DNA of 64,000 nucleotides from Macrostomum lignano (Eukaryota). The stretch lies in the NCBI GenBank assembly GCA_002269645.1, contig NIVC01001300.1, positions 282,539 through 346,538 on the forward strand, given 5' to 3'. How positions within the stretch are numbered: position 1 is the stretch's first letter; every line of letters begins with the position of its first letter. Positions 51,301-62,471 of this stretch are shown piece after piece. Below the pieces are notes generated by a model. That model had not been told where the DNA came from, made no database searches, and was given only the letters and a program-made list of their open reading frames with translations. Made by a program: the position numbers and the translations under genes.

Positions 51301-53094
51301 GAAACGTATTGATTTAGGTCATTGCTGGTCAGAACAGAAGTTTTTACATCAGTTTAAATAACACATTTGTACGTATGTACGTATGTGAGGCTTGAAAACA
51401 GGCATTTTTGGTAAAATAAGGTCACTAATTAAAAACCGCAAGCACAATTAAAACATGTTTTCAATTGTGTACAATTCAGAAAACAAAAGCCAAGTCTAGC
51501 AAAATGAAATCAACGTCACTATTTCAGGTTCACCTGCGACTGCTCTCACATCGACTTCCAAGGCGACACCTGCAGTTCCAAGATCGATGACTGCGCGTCG
51601 AGCCCGTGCCAGCACGGCGGCAGGTGCACCGACGGTGTCAGGAGCTTCACCTGCGACTGCCTGCCCGGCTACGAGGGCTCGACCTGCTCAGTCGACATCA
51701 ACGAGTGCGAGCGGTTCGGACAGCCGTGTCAGAACGGAGCCGTCTGCAAGGACCTGGTAGCGGATTATGCCTGCACCGGCTGCCCGCTAAGTTCGGAGGC
51801 AAAAACTGCTCCGTGCTGCTTCCACTGTACTCGTTCGGCATAAGCGGACTTGTATCGTCTGCGAGTTTCGCTTCTCTGCCAAATGCGTCAACTGTGTCTG
51901 GAGGAGACTCGTGGACGATTGAGCTGAGGCTGGTGACTTTGTCTCGAGGAGCGTTTCTGCTGCTGCTGGGCGACCCGAGCGACTCGGCGACCACTCCGAG
52001 ACTGCTCGTTACGGTCAGTGACCTTAATGGTTCTTTTTTTGGATTTCATCAGGTCTCCTAAAGTCAATTTTCGTTTAAATATTTTCAGATTGATCACGAC
52101 GGCCATCTGTCCGCCCAGTTACTGCACAGCAACGGCTCCCACATCGCAGCGCTGACGTCCCCAGTCTCGGTGACCACCGGCAGCTTCGTCTCCGTGAAGA
52201 TCTATGTGTCGATATCAGGTCGCTCACTGTCGCTGTCAGTGTCATCTTCAGTCAGTTCGGCATCGCTGAGCAGTGCGAGTCCGCTGCCGCAGCTGTCAGG
52301 CCAGCTCATCATCGGCGGCTTCAGCGGCGCCAAGCCAGCTCCGGCTCCATCGTTTAATCCCAGCCGCCGATCAAGACGATCCATGGCCGCACTGCCAACT
52401 GACATTGCTCGGCTTCTTTCATCAAATATTTCTGCGTTTCGAGGTGTTATAGGCGCCACTAAAATTAATTCGGACCGGGCGTTGATTTTCGAGCAAAACG
52501 ATTCCAGTTGGACCGACAGGCTTCCAGCAGCCATTGTTGCCAGCGAGTCAGTAGGTGTCGCTTTTATCACTGAAGCTGAAACTCCTTGCAAGACTTCAAA
52601 ATCTTGTCAGAATGGCGCTACGTGTTTGAATGTTTTCTTTGTCACTCATAGGTAAGTTTAGTTAAGGTAGCTAAATACGAGTAGTAACCCAAATTGTATT
52701 CTATCACCGCATCTGACTCCAATGTGTTACAGATGTGAGTGTGCAGATGGGTGGCAAGGTCCTACGTGTTCTGACAAGGATTCAAATAAAGACTCGCCTA
52801 GAAGTGCGAGTGCATTGATCGCAGGAATTGTTTCATCCACGATCATTATCATTGGCGCCTGCATTGGTGAGTCCGTTGTTTTACACAACTAACGAGCGAG
52901 GCTTCGTTATTCTGTTCAAATCATTTTCACCTGCAGGTATTCTTGTTTTCCTGAAGCTCCGACGAGCTCACGACGAGAAGCATCGAAGCCCGTGGGTTTG
53001 GGACAGATTCGACTTGAACGGCCCAACCGGTGTTCGAGTTGGACACCTGAGACCGGACGGAATGCCGCCGTGTCCACAAGAGGTGTTTTTCTGA
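42328..53094 (+). CDS. Crumbs-like paralog F: signal peptide, RARR propeptide, 11 EGF, LamG2, EGF, TM, 'PQEVFF' tail; one -1 frameshift
   Basis: Exons 42328-42424 (MSSNIRLPILILVLTLATHRVSC), 42513-42800, 46219-46411, 47023-47250, 49365-49709, 51528-52013, 52089-52651, 52733-52866, 52937-53094. One C is missing in a C run at ~51785 (tgcccgct versus tgccccgct in C, D and E). Confidence 0.83.
43690..45500 (-). mobile_element. Possible highly decayed hAT transposase in intron 2 of F
   Basis: Minus-strand fragments FPN...ALFEAISSVALERLSNLRYQTH (like the hAT dimerisation motif SS..ER.FS.L) and FLIVYLDSGNVPELLCSLHIR. Weak, judged by eye only. Confidence 0.35.
46420..46850 (-). mobile_element. 5'-truncated non-LTR retrotransposon 3' end (I-group-like), intronic
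   Basis: LNRRDIKVVTMALSCH... and PLCLSGVENAEHFICESPSF...LG; tail gagtcaagtcaa; homologous to 41000-41655. Confidence 0.6.
47640..48806. repeat. G/T-rich ~25-bp minisatellite (gggttgtggttgggtgctttgtgtt), with a decayed continuation at ~49840-50400
   Basis: Directly visible; extreme G+T strand skew. Confidence 0.92.
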
Positions 53095-53472
53095 GCATTC
53101 AATAACTTTCAATATGTTTGTTGCGAACAATCATGCTGCCATTGTTTTAGAAATCCTATTAATTGTAAATATGCTTTCAATCCTAAAACTTTTCACCAAA
53201 ATTTTACGAGCGCTCGTACTTTGAACAAATACTTGTGCCTGATCACATCCCAGTTTGCATCCTTTTGAAAAAAAATTACGTCTTAACAACTATACATTTT
53301 ACTTTCCTTATACTATTTAAAGTACATGTAAAAAACTTCTTGCATCTTCTGAAATGCATCTGGAATGCATCATGACAACCTGGAACTTAATGATACTATA
53401 AAACCGTAGGGTAGCATTGTTTACAAAGAGAAACTGCAAAAAATTATAGTGCTGTAGCTACATTTTATAGCT

Positions 53473-53643
53473 TGTATTAGCTGGGCTTACCCGTTTATTC
53501 TCGAGTGCGAACTCTCTACTGCTCGACGCGGAGACTTTTGCCTGCTGGGTGTACCCCCGGGGCCTGTACGTCTCTCCTTCACTAAACTGGTCGCCCGGCC
53601 TCCGATAGAGTGACATTGTTGACGCCATACTTACAAGTGGACA
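53473..53643 (-). pseudogene. 5'-truncated, diverged 7SL copy (S domain and 3' end)
   Basis: ctctactgctcgacgcggagacttttgcctgctgggtgtacccc is identical to the sequence at ~37780-37823; flanks are diverged and the 5' Alu-domain half is absent. Confidence 0.85.
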
Positions 53644-53879
53644 GAAAAAATTAAAATGAATTACCTTTTATCGATCAAAATTTTAGCAAACAAAGAGAAA
53701 TGAGCCATTATAGACGCACATATAACCATAAGACGCGTATGTCAAAAAAGAGCAGTCTGCACTAGCAATAACAAAAAAATGGTTTGCACCGATAGGTATC
53801 GAAATAGAAAAAGCAACAACATCAAAATACTTAGTCCCCCAGTTAGTGGAGAGAGCATCAGATGTCAAATCGATGCGTC

Positions 53880-54520
53880 AGCGAGCGAACTTGTAAAGCC
53901 AATTGAAGGTGTCTGGCGCCCCAGCGTCGCTCAGGATGCAGTCTACGTACCTCGGGTCCTCGCTTGACCCCACCTAAGCGGTCCCGGCAAAGTGAGCAGC
54001 AGGACATCCTGAACGGGCTTGAAGGCAGTAGCTCTCAACCCGGTTCACGTGGCTTACCAGTTGACGTTGCCGCCGGTGCAGGATGGTGGATGGGCGCTGT
54101 AGCTAAGTCCTCTGTTACAGGTCTTCGGACCGGACACTCTCATCAGCTTAAAAGGCGTCAAGTCCAGCTGCCCCTCCAGCGTGGCCGCTAAAGTCCACGT
54201 CTCGGCAGTGTAGAACAGGACGGTCTCGACTACCACCGCCTGCCACAGCCGAGCCCTCTGGCAATCGGTCGGGCAGCGAATCGACCTGTGGGCCATCCAG
54301 GACTGTCCTTTCGAGCGCCGGATGTCGTCCTGGCGCCGGGTGGGTACCAGACCTCCGAGGTAGGTGTTCCACTGGCAGTTCTCGAGCCTATAATCATCTG
54401 CCCGTCTTCGCAGCGGCATGGCAGCTCCGTTGGGATATCGGCTAGGATGGTCAGCACCTTGGACTTCAGCGTGTTGACAACTAGGCAGACGCTTGATGTC
54501 ACGTCGACAAACCGAATTAA
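53880..54520 (-). mobile_element. Degenerate RTE-like LINE fragment (end of RT and C-terminal region)
   Basis: CLVVNTLKSKVL, LWQAVVVETVLFYTAETWTL and DVLLLTLPGPLRWGQAR in shifting frames. Confidence 0.7.
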
Positions 54521-54779
54521 TCATAATTCGAATTAATCGTAATGAGAATTGCAAATGACTCTAGTGGTTTCTAGAGTCATTGGCATTAGCTCAGCGTGAA
54601 GGTCAATTTAAATCAGTACGAATAATTAGAAAATATGTATGTTGAGAACATGAGCTAGTGTTTCCAATTGTCCATTGCACAATACTTGTAAAGTTGCTCA
54701 TGCAACTGGTGAATTTGCTTTTGCCTAGGGACTGTTGGTGAGCGAGTTCCAGTTGGACCATTTCGGACTGTCCGCGAAT

Positions 54780-55392
54780 ACCAAAAAGACGATGGTGCTG
54801 ACCGTGCCGACGAACCTCCCAGCTGAGATCTACTGCCGCTGCACGAACGGGCAGGTGGCGTTGCTGGCCCGCTGCAAAGAGTGATCGTCTACCTCGGTGG
54901 TCTGGCGCCAAGCATCATGGGGACACGGCACGGCGCAGGGCGCTTGCCTGGGGCGCATTCCGCACCGTGCGGACTGTCCTGCAGAGCCGGCCGCGCTGCC
55001 GGATCGGCTGAGAGGGCGGCTGTTCCAGGCCGTCACTGAAACCGTCCTCCTTTACAACGCTGAAACGTGGACACCGACGAGTTATACCGACGGGCCCAGC
55101 TCTCCCGACCCAGCCAGCTGCTGCGCATCCGGCACCTACAGCTGGCCGGCCACGTCATCTTGGCAGAGCAGTGCTGCCTTGAGCCGCTTCCAGACGTGCT
55201 GCTGCTCTCCCTCCAAGGGCCGCGCCGGCTTGGTCAGGCGAGAAGTCTGCGTTTTGTCGACCTGCTTTTAAGAGACGCTGAAATCTCCGATCCCCGCGGA
55301 CTCGCTATTCTGCGCAAATCTGCGCTTGCGCGCGCATTTTGACAGCAACCCAATTTAGTTGGCTTGCCCAGGGTTGTTGTAGTTTGTTGTAG
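54780..55392 (+). mobile_element. 5'-truncated RTE-like LINE with a (GTT)n tail
   Basis: LFQAVTETVLLYNAETWT and RIRHLQLAGHV...DVLLLSLQGPRRLGQAR; tail gttgttgtagtttgttg...gttgttg at 55374-55390. Confidence 0.75.
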
Positions 55393-56020
55393 TTTGTTGT
55401 TGTTGTTGTTGAGCTATTTATGAATGTTATAATGTGATTAACCTAATTTTCTGAACGAAAAGCTTTATGAATATCGATAGAGAGCAATAAAAAAGGCACA
55501 ACATATCAAAAAATGAACACTGGATCTGCCTCCTATCAAAAGCAATAGCAGTTTTTGTGTTGAAAAAATGAAAACTTCCTATCTCCGTAGTGTATTTTTT
55601 TTCGGAAAAACCTACCTTTTAAATTTTCTAAGAAACGAGGTCTCCCGTCAATTCTACTTAAGTCGTCCTTGGTATGTATGCCAATTTAATGTATATAATA
55701 AATACTGAGTTAGCCAGGTATTTTTTTTCGAAGTTTCCAAGGCCATATCAACAGCTGAAATTTTATTTTTCATGCCAATAAAACGTTGCCAGCACTGGGG
55801 TATAAAGCTAGTGTAGAAATTACCTTATGATTATTATTAACGAATTACTATAATGGGAAGACAGATTTAACCATAAAAACTCCATGATAGCATTTTCAAG
55901 TATTTTCGCAGCCAAAAATTGCATGGAAAACTTATATACCTACAACCCCGGATTGGGGCGAAAAAATTTTAAATATTTTTTAAAGACTTTTAAGTTGGGG
56001 TATTTCATATCACTAACGGT

Positions 56021-59000
56021 ACTACTATATGAACCCGTAACGGTTGATTTTGGAGGTGGGGTGGGTGTCAACCCTCCTCGCCTCTCATTGGCTGGCGCCC
56101 CGATCACTAGGTGATCGATACCCGTATCGATATCGGCGCTCGGCGCGCGCGCGCCGTAGGCGCGTGGCGTCAAGCGCCGTCCAGCCGCAGGCGACCCTCC
56201 CCAGCCGCAGGCGCACCTACCGATATTAGATCCCAATAAATCAATCAGATCCCAAATCAATCAGATCCCAAATCAATCAGATCCCAAGCGCACCCTCCGA
56301 GCAGCAGGCGTCCATGCCGCAGGCGCCCCTCCCCGCCGCACGCGCCCTCCCCCGACATGTATGCGCAGGCGCCCTCCCCGCCTCAGGCGCCCCTCCCGAT
56401 ATGTATGCGCACTCTCCCGAATCTTGCACTATGGCTCTCTAGTGGAAAGTACTCTTACTTGTGCTGGTTGCGGGTGATTGTAAGGCTTTCTGCTTGACTT
56501 CTTTAGTTTACTTGATGGTTAAATGAGGAGTGGGAGCTGACGCGCCTACCTCGGGGGAGGAATGCAGCCCCGCGGTCTGATGCAGCGCTTTCTGTTACCC
56601 CTCTCCGTCCGCACTGTACTTGGTCTCCGCTAGGATCCCCCGGCCCTGGCTCTGGGGGCGGGTCCTTTGTACTCGACCCTGGGTTAAAAACTCACATTTG
56701 GAGGCTCTGGGGAGAGTTGCAGTGGAGTTCAACAAATTTCTGATAAGATCTCTTGCGGGGGCATGACACTCGTCTCGAAATAATAAAAACCTGAACAAGT
56801 GCTGGATGCCCTTACTAGTTGGCGGGTTGTTACCTCTACAATTGTGTACTATTTCTGTCAATATTTTCCCCTGCATTATGTCAATATGTGCTACAGGGTG
56901 TCATAATATGATACTTTTACGCACTAATATGTACACTCGTATCATAATTTTCCTGCATTGTGTCTGCTTCTACATCTACGATGTGTGTATTTTAACCTAT
57001 CCCCCGATATATAATATGTGCCCGCGATGTGTGGTAATATGCCGAAATGTACATGTACAAAATCAATAGTGTGTATATACGTCTGCATCGTTTTTGTCTA
57101 TGTTTTAATAATATACACCTGCATTATACTGGCTTTCCATATGAGTGGCAACTCCTTTGTAACCTACAATTCGTTGACTCAGTGTTAGTGGTATTTTGTA
57201 ATTAAATTACTACGTCTAAATGTTGTATTATTATTGAATTCAATTATTATTGAATTTCACTCCTCATGTGCTAGGGAGGTCTAATTGTAATATAATCTTG
57301 CTATTAATCTACCATCTCTACTGTAAGTAGACTGTGACTTGGTGTCTGGGCTCGAGTTGTGTACTCTTTGTATGAATGCATTCTTGGTGTGTAACTCCTG
57401 ACCATCCCTTCCCTCTGGGAGCACTGCAGGTAGACTAGTATGGCTTGGTATTCAGGGCTGGCGTGTGCACGTAATACTCTGTAATATTTACCGGACTCGG
57501 GTGGGGAAGCTCACTGTACGGCTCTCTCCGTGGGGTGTGATTCACCGCCTCTCTGTCCCGCGCCTCCTGCCAGGGCAGCTCTCTGTCCCTCCGCGGGGGT
57601 GACTTACACACTGCCTCTCTGTCCCGCGCCGCGTGCTGCGACATGCCGGGTAGCGTCCTCTATCTCCTACTGCCTCCACGCACTCTCTGTCCCCCTCCTG
57701 CTACAGGAGGGCTGGTTGCTCGCTGTACAGGGCAGCGTCAGCATCTGGGTTTCCTTCCTGCACCGTCTACCCCACCACTATACTGACTAACCGCATGCAC
57801 ACGACATTGGTGGGAGGGGCGGAGTTCCCCACTGACGGGTGTACACCTACTCGACGCTGAAGGTACACTTGCTGAACGCCCACCCTGTCAGATGTACACT
57901 TGCTGAACACCCATCCTGTCAGATGTACACTCGCTGGACGCCCACCCTGCCGGATGTACACCCCGGGTGACTAATTCGCTTACTTTTCTATTAAAATACT
58001 TGCCATTTATTATGTCTGCTTTTTATTCAATTTTATATGGTTTGAAGGTTTATTTTGCTGTAATACCTAGTTTCTTATAAAAATCTACTCTCGACGATGG
58101 TTGTGTTGGCTATTTCATTAAAATAACCTGCTTTTGAATAAAACGTTGTATTTAAGCCTCCAGTTTTTTTTCAAAATCATAATGGAAACCCTCCGACACC
58201 CCTGGAACCTCCTCGAGCAGCTTACATAGAGCTTGCAGACCCTCGAAACCCCTCTAGTGTGCCCTGATTTCAGCGGTCTAGAGGTTAACATCTGAATTTT
58301 TACACTATATTTTCCTTACATACAATGAGGGTTTGGGATACAGGAGTCTGGAGGGTTTGGAAGAGTGAGTCTGGCGGGAGAGGGGGCTTGTGGGATGATG
58401 AGGATGTGTACACTGTTTAGCAGTTTTAGCCTACCTTTTGGGCTAATATGCTTACTATTATTACTACTATTATACCTACTATGTACATACTATTATACTA
58501 CCCACTATTAAATATGCGGCACTAAAACCAACTTTTGATAATACATAGCGTGTTTTGGTGGATTCTCCCTCACGTCTCTGTCCCTACACATGTGCTTTTT
58601 AGTATTCTCTGTTTGTGTACCTCTCTGTAACGTCTCTGTACGCTCAGACTGGTTTCTCCGTCCCCGCGCGCGCCTCTACTAAAGTTTGCTGTTACCTACC
58701 CTACACACTGCTCTCTGTCTCCCTCCGCGCACACCTCTCTGCCCTTGCATGCAACTTGCATGTCTACTCCTCTGTCCTGCCCTCGCGTGGGTCCCTGTCT
58801 ATACATAGCTACCAGACCCTACCTCTCTCTGTGCCTTGCTCGCAACTCTGTCCCAGGCCCCCCTTCATACTTCTCTGTCCCGGGCTGCAACTGGCTGACA
58901 CGCGCCTCTCTGTTCCCCAGCCTGCGTGGCTGCCTACCCCTGCACACTGCTCTCTGTCCCCCTCCGCGCCTCTCTATCATCCTATTCCTGCAGCTGACCG

Positions 59001-60145
59001 TGCCGTTTAGCTCTGTCCACGCACGGCTCCACCCCTGCCCGTGTCTCACTGTACCGCCCTGTGTGGCTCCCTTACCCTGCGCGTTTGCTCCCCATCTCCC
59101 TCCTGCTCCATATGTTTCTGTTCCCTCACACTACGCACACGTGGCTGGCTCTCTGTCCAAACACATCTCTGCTCCTCCACTCTATCCTCGCGTGGCCCCT
59201 TGACGGTTCGCATGCCCCTGCATACCCTGCCTGCCTCTCTGTCCCCTGCAACTGGGGAGGGAGCTCTCTATCCTCTGTATGGCTTTCTCTGTGGGGTGTG
59301 TGTGACTCACACTACCTCTCTGTCCTAGCATGCGCCTCTCTATCCGGCTCCTGTAGCAGGCTGTGTTGTTCACATCTCTTTCCACCCACCCTCTGCCCGT
59401 ACACGCTCAGTGTACAGGGCTGCGTCAGCATCGGGGTTAAAACTTCTCGCTCCCTATGCTTCAACAGTATAACAACCTAGTGGCTGGTTCTCTGTCCACC
59501 CACCCCTCTCTGCCCGTACACTCTCACTGTACAGGGCTGCGTCAGCGTTAGGGTTGAAACTTCTCGCTCCCTATACCCCACAACCGTGTAGTGTCCTAGT
59601 ATGGGCGCGACCTGGGTTCGATTTCGCTAGTTGAGATGTAGGTGAGAGAGGGGAAGAGGCCCGTATCGATGACTACATATCGGTGTACACACATATCGGG
59701 AGAGTGTACACTCGGGGCGCCTGCTGCATACATATCGGTGTACATATAGGGAGAGTGCGCATACATATCGGGAGGGCGCCTGAGGCGGGGAGGGCGCCTG
59801 CGGCATACATGTCGGGGGAGGGCGCGTGCGGCGGGGAGGGGCGCCTGCGGCATGGACGCCTGCTGCTCGGAGGGTGCGCTTGGGATCTGATTGATTTGGG
59901 ATCTGATTGATTTGGGATCTGATTGATTTATTGGGATCTAATATCGGTAGGTGCGCCTGCGGCTGGGGAGGGTCGCCTGCGGCTGGACGGCGCTTGACGC
60001 CACGCGCCTACGGCGCGCGCGCGCGAGCGCCGATATCGATACGGGTATCGATCACCTAGTGATCGGGGCGCCAGCCAATGAGAGGCGAGGAGGGTTGACA
60101 CCCACCCCACCTCCAAAATCAACCGTTACGGGTTCATATAGTAGT
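56021..60145. mobile_element. 4125-bp non-autonomous element with ~400-bp TIRs and a 6-bp TSD (Polinton/Maverick-like)
   Basis: 56021-56420 and ~59749-60145 are near-perfect reverse complements. Termini ACTACT...AGTAGT; AACGGT duplicated at 56015-56020 and 60146-60151. No pPolB or integrase ORF recognised. Confidence 0.8.
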
Positions 60146-60160
60146 AACGGTCATGTCATG

Positions 60161-60390
60161 TCGCCCCTGGTGCTGGCGCCCCTGGTGCTGGCGCCCCTGG
60201 TGCTGGCGCCCCTGGTGCTGGCGCCCCTGGTGCTGGCGCCGCTGGTGCTGGCGCCCCTGGTGCTGGCGCCCCTGGTGCTGGCGCCCCTGGTGCTGGCGCC
60301 CCTGGTGCTAAAGCCCCTGGTGCTAAAGCCCCTGGTGCTAAAGCCCCTGGTGCTAAAGCCCCTGGTGCTAAAGCCCCTGATGCTGGCGCT
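60161..60390. repeat. 15-bp minisatellite (ccctggtgctggcgc / ccctggtgctaaagc), about 15 units
   Basis: Same family as 15855, 38870 and 40307. Confidence 0.93.
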
Positions 60391-60451
60391 CTTTGGTATC
60401 TATTGATACTAGCGAGTATCGTCAGCAAGTTTTGATTCTTTCCCAAATTAT

Positions 60452-60733
60452 TCAAGTGTGTATGGCGGAGACTGGTGGACGATTGAGCTGAGGCTGGTGA
60501 CTTTGTCTCGAGCAGCGTTTCTGCTGCTGCTGGGCGACCGAGCGACTCGGCGACCACTCTGAGACTGCTGGCTACGAGCGTACGGTCAGTAGCTTTTATG
60601 ACGCCTTTGTTTGACTGCATGAGATATTTTAAAGTCAACTTTGTTTTTTACACCTTTTCAGATCTATCATTCTGGCCGTCTGTCCGCCCAGTTACTGCAC
60701 AGCAACGGCTCCCAAATTGCAGGGCGGACGTCT
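60452..60733 (+). pseudogene. Orphan fragment G of the Crumbs-like LamG2 region (end of one exon, intron, start of the next)
   Basis: [29 protein letters not shown] (then frameshifted), donor GTCAGT, acceptor ttttcag, [21 protein letters not shown]; no flanking exons found. Confidence 0.85.
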
Positions 60734-62471
60734 TCATGTTGAACTTGACAAATCAATATTATAATTTTGACAGTATGATCAGTACAACTGAATCAGGTTC
60801 CCATTCGATTTTGATAACTTTCAAAATGCCAATTATTTCTGCTTAAAATGGCTGGCCTTTTCTTAAGTTGATGCTCGACTCTTAAATAAAATGAAAGAAT
60901 CGATTTGATAATCTTCAATGTACGAGGCCCATTGAATGTTCAAATCTACCTATTGAATATGCTAGCGCTTATGGAGAAAAATCCAACCTTCCTGCAGAAT
61001 CGTCGAATATCTCAAAGGTCCGGTGAGCTACCGACTTGTTAATTCTTGTTTGAGAAGGTGCGCAAACTCAAGTTGGCCCGTGTTTTGGAATTTTGTGTGC
61101 CTGCGTTGCTGTCGAAGGCGGGATCCCCCTTGGTGTTTCGACAGGAGGAAAAGTGTGCTTTCTTTCCAAGCTTCATTCACATCAGCACAAGAAGTGATAT
61201 TGGAGAGCGGTCAGTAACGCTCATATTACAGCTGAATTGTCTTAAAATATACTGTCACTAATGCTACCCTTTTTCTACTTTAACTGTTTAACGTTTCTGA
61301 AAGGACGAAGTAATCAAGAAAACCACGTAGGAAAAGCTGGGTTGCATCAAAGCTCGAGCACTAGTTTAGTTATTAGTAATTTGAAGCTATCTACCAAGAT
61401 TGAAAAATGAAAAGTATAAACAATATTATAAATAGATTTGAGCATGATTATTTATTTAAACTGCCGATGCAGCAATGCATCATAAATCATTGTGATAAAT
61501 TTGAAATAAAAACGCAACTTGTGTATTCATAATAAATTTAACATTTAAGTACAACATGCCGCCCAAAAACTGCTGCAGCTGTTTGGAATAAAAATTATGT
61601 CACACATTATCAGTCGTTAATTCAAATAGGTAGCATATCAAAAAATTCTTTACTCAAGTTTTTTGAGCTAGAAAAATAAAATAAAATAAACTGAATTGAT
61701 CGAAGCGACCACAGCAAAGGCCAATGTTTGTTCAACAAGTGTGGAATTTACTAACCAATCTAAGCAATACTTTTTGATTAATTAAGTGCAATAAAACTAA
61801 AAAACATACAATTACAAGTAAAAACCTGGAAATATAAGAATGGATTATAAAAAAATATATAATTTTCCTGCGAACTTATAATTTCAGCTCGCAGACCAGC
61901 ACTTAATTAATTAATTATTACGAGTCTGAAACAGCTTGCGTTGCTTAATCATCTGAAATGCAGTTCTACAAGACAGTCAAATTAGATTTTAAAAATACAC
62001 GCAAAATATATAAAGCTGATTATAACAATTTTTAATATACGGCTGGAAAAAATATTAACAGTTAAGCTGTCTGCTGGAAATAAAATATCAATGAAAATGT
62101 ATGCGCCTAATAGTACAGGAAGCACTTGTGAATATCTGCTGGTTATAAACAGAAAACTGAGAATGTTCTCAAGCACAGTTAAAAACACAGTGGAATGTTA
62201 CTGCAGTGAACCCGCCCACCTCAATACTGTACTCAATTTACAACATTTTTGTACAACACTTCTACTAATAATAAAACAGTTAATACATGTACCATAAAAA
62301 CTATTAAATCTTTATGACGTGTTATTAAACATCTAATAACCACAATATCTCATGACAATACATCGCAATGGAAATTAGCAAGTTTATTAATGTTCATTGC
62401 AATTTCGCTTTGAAAAAGACATAATTCCCATATCTCATTTATAAGTGACAAAGTATTTATCAAGGACAGAC

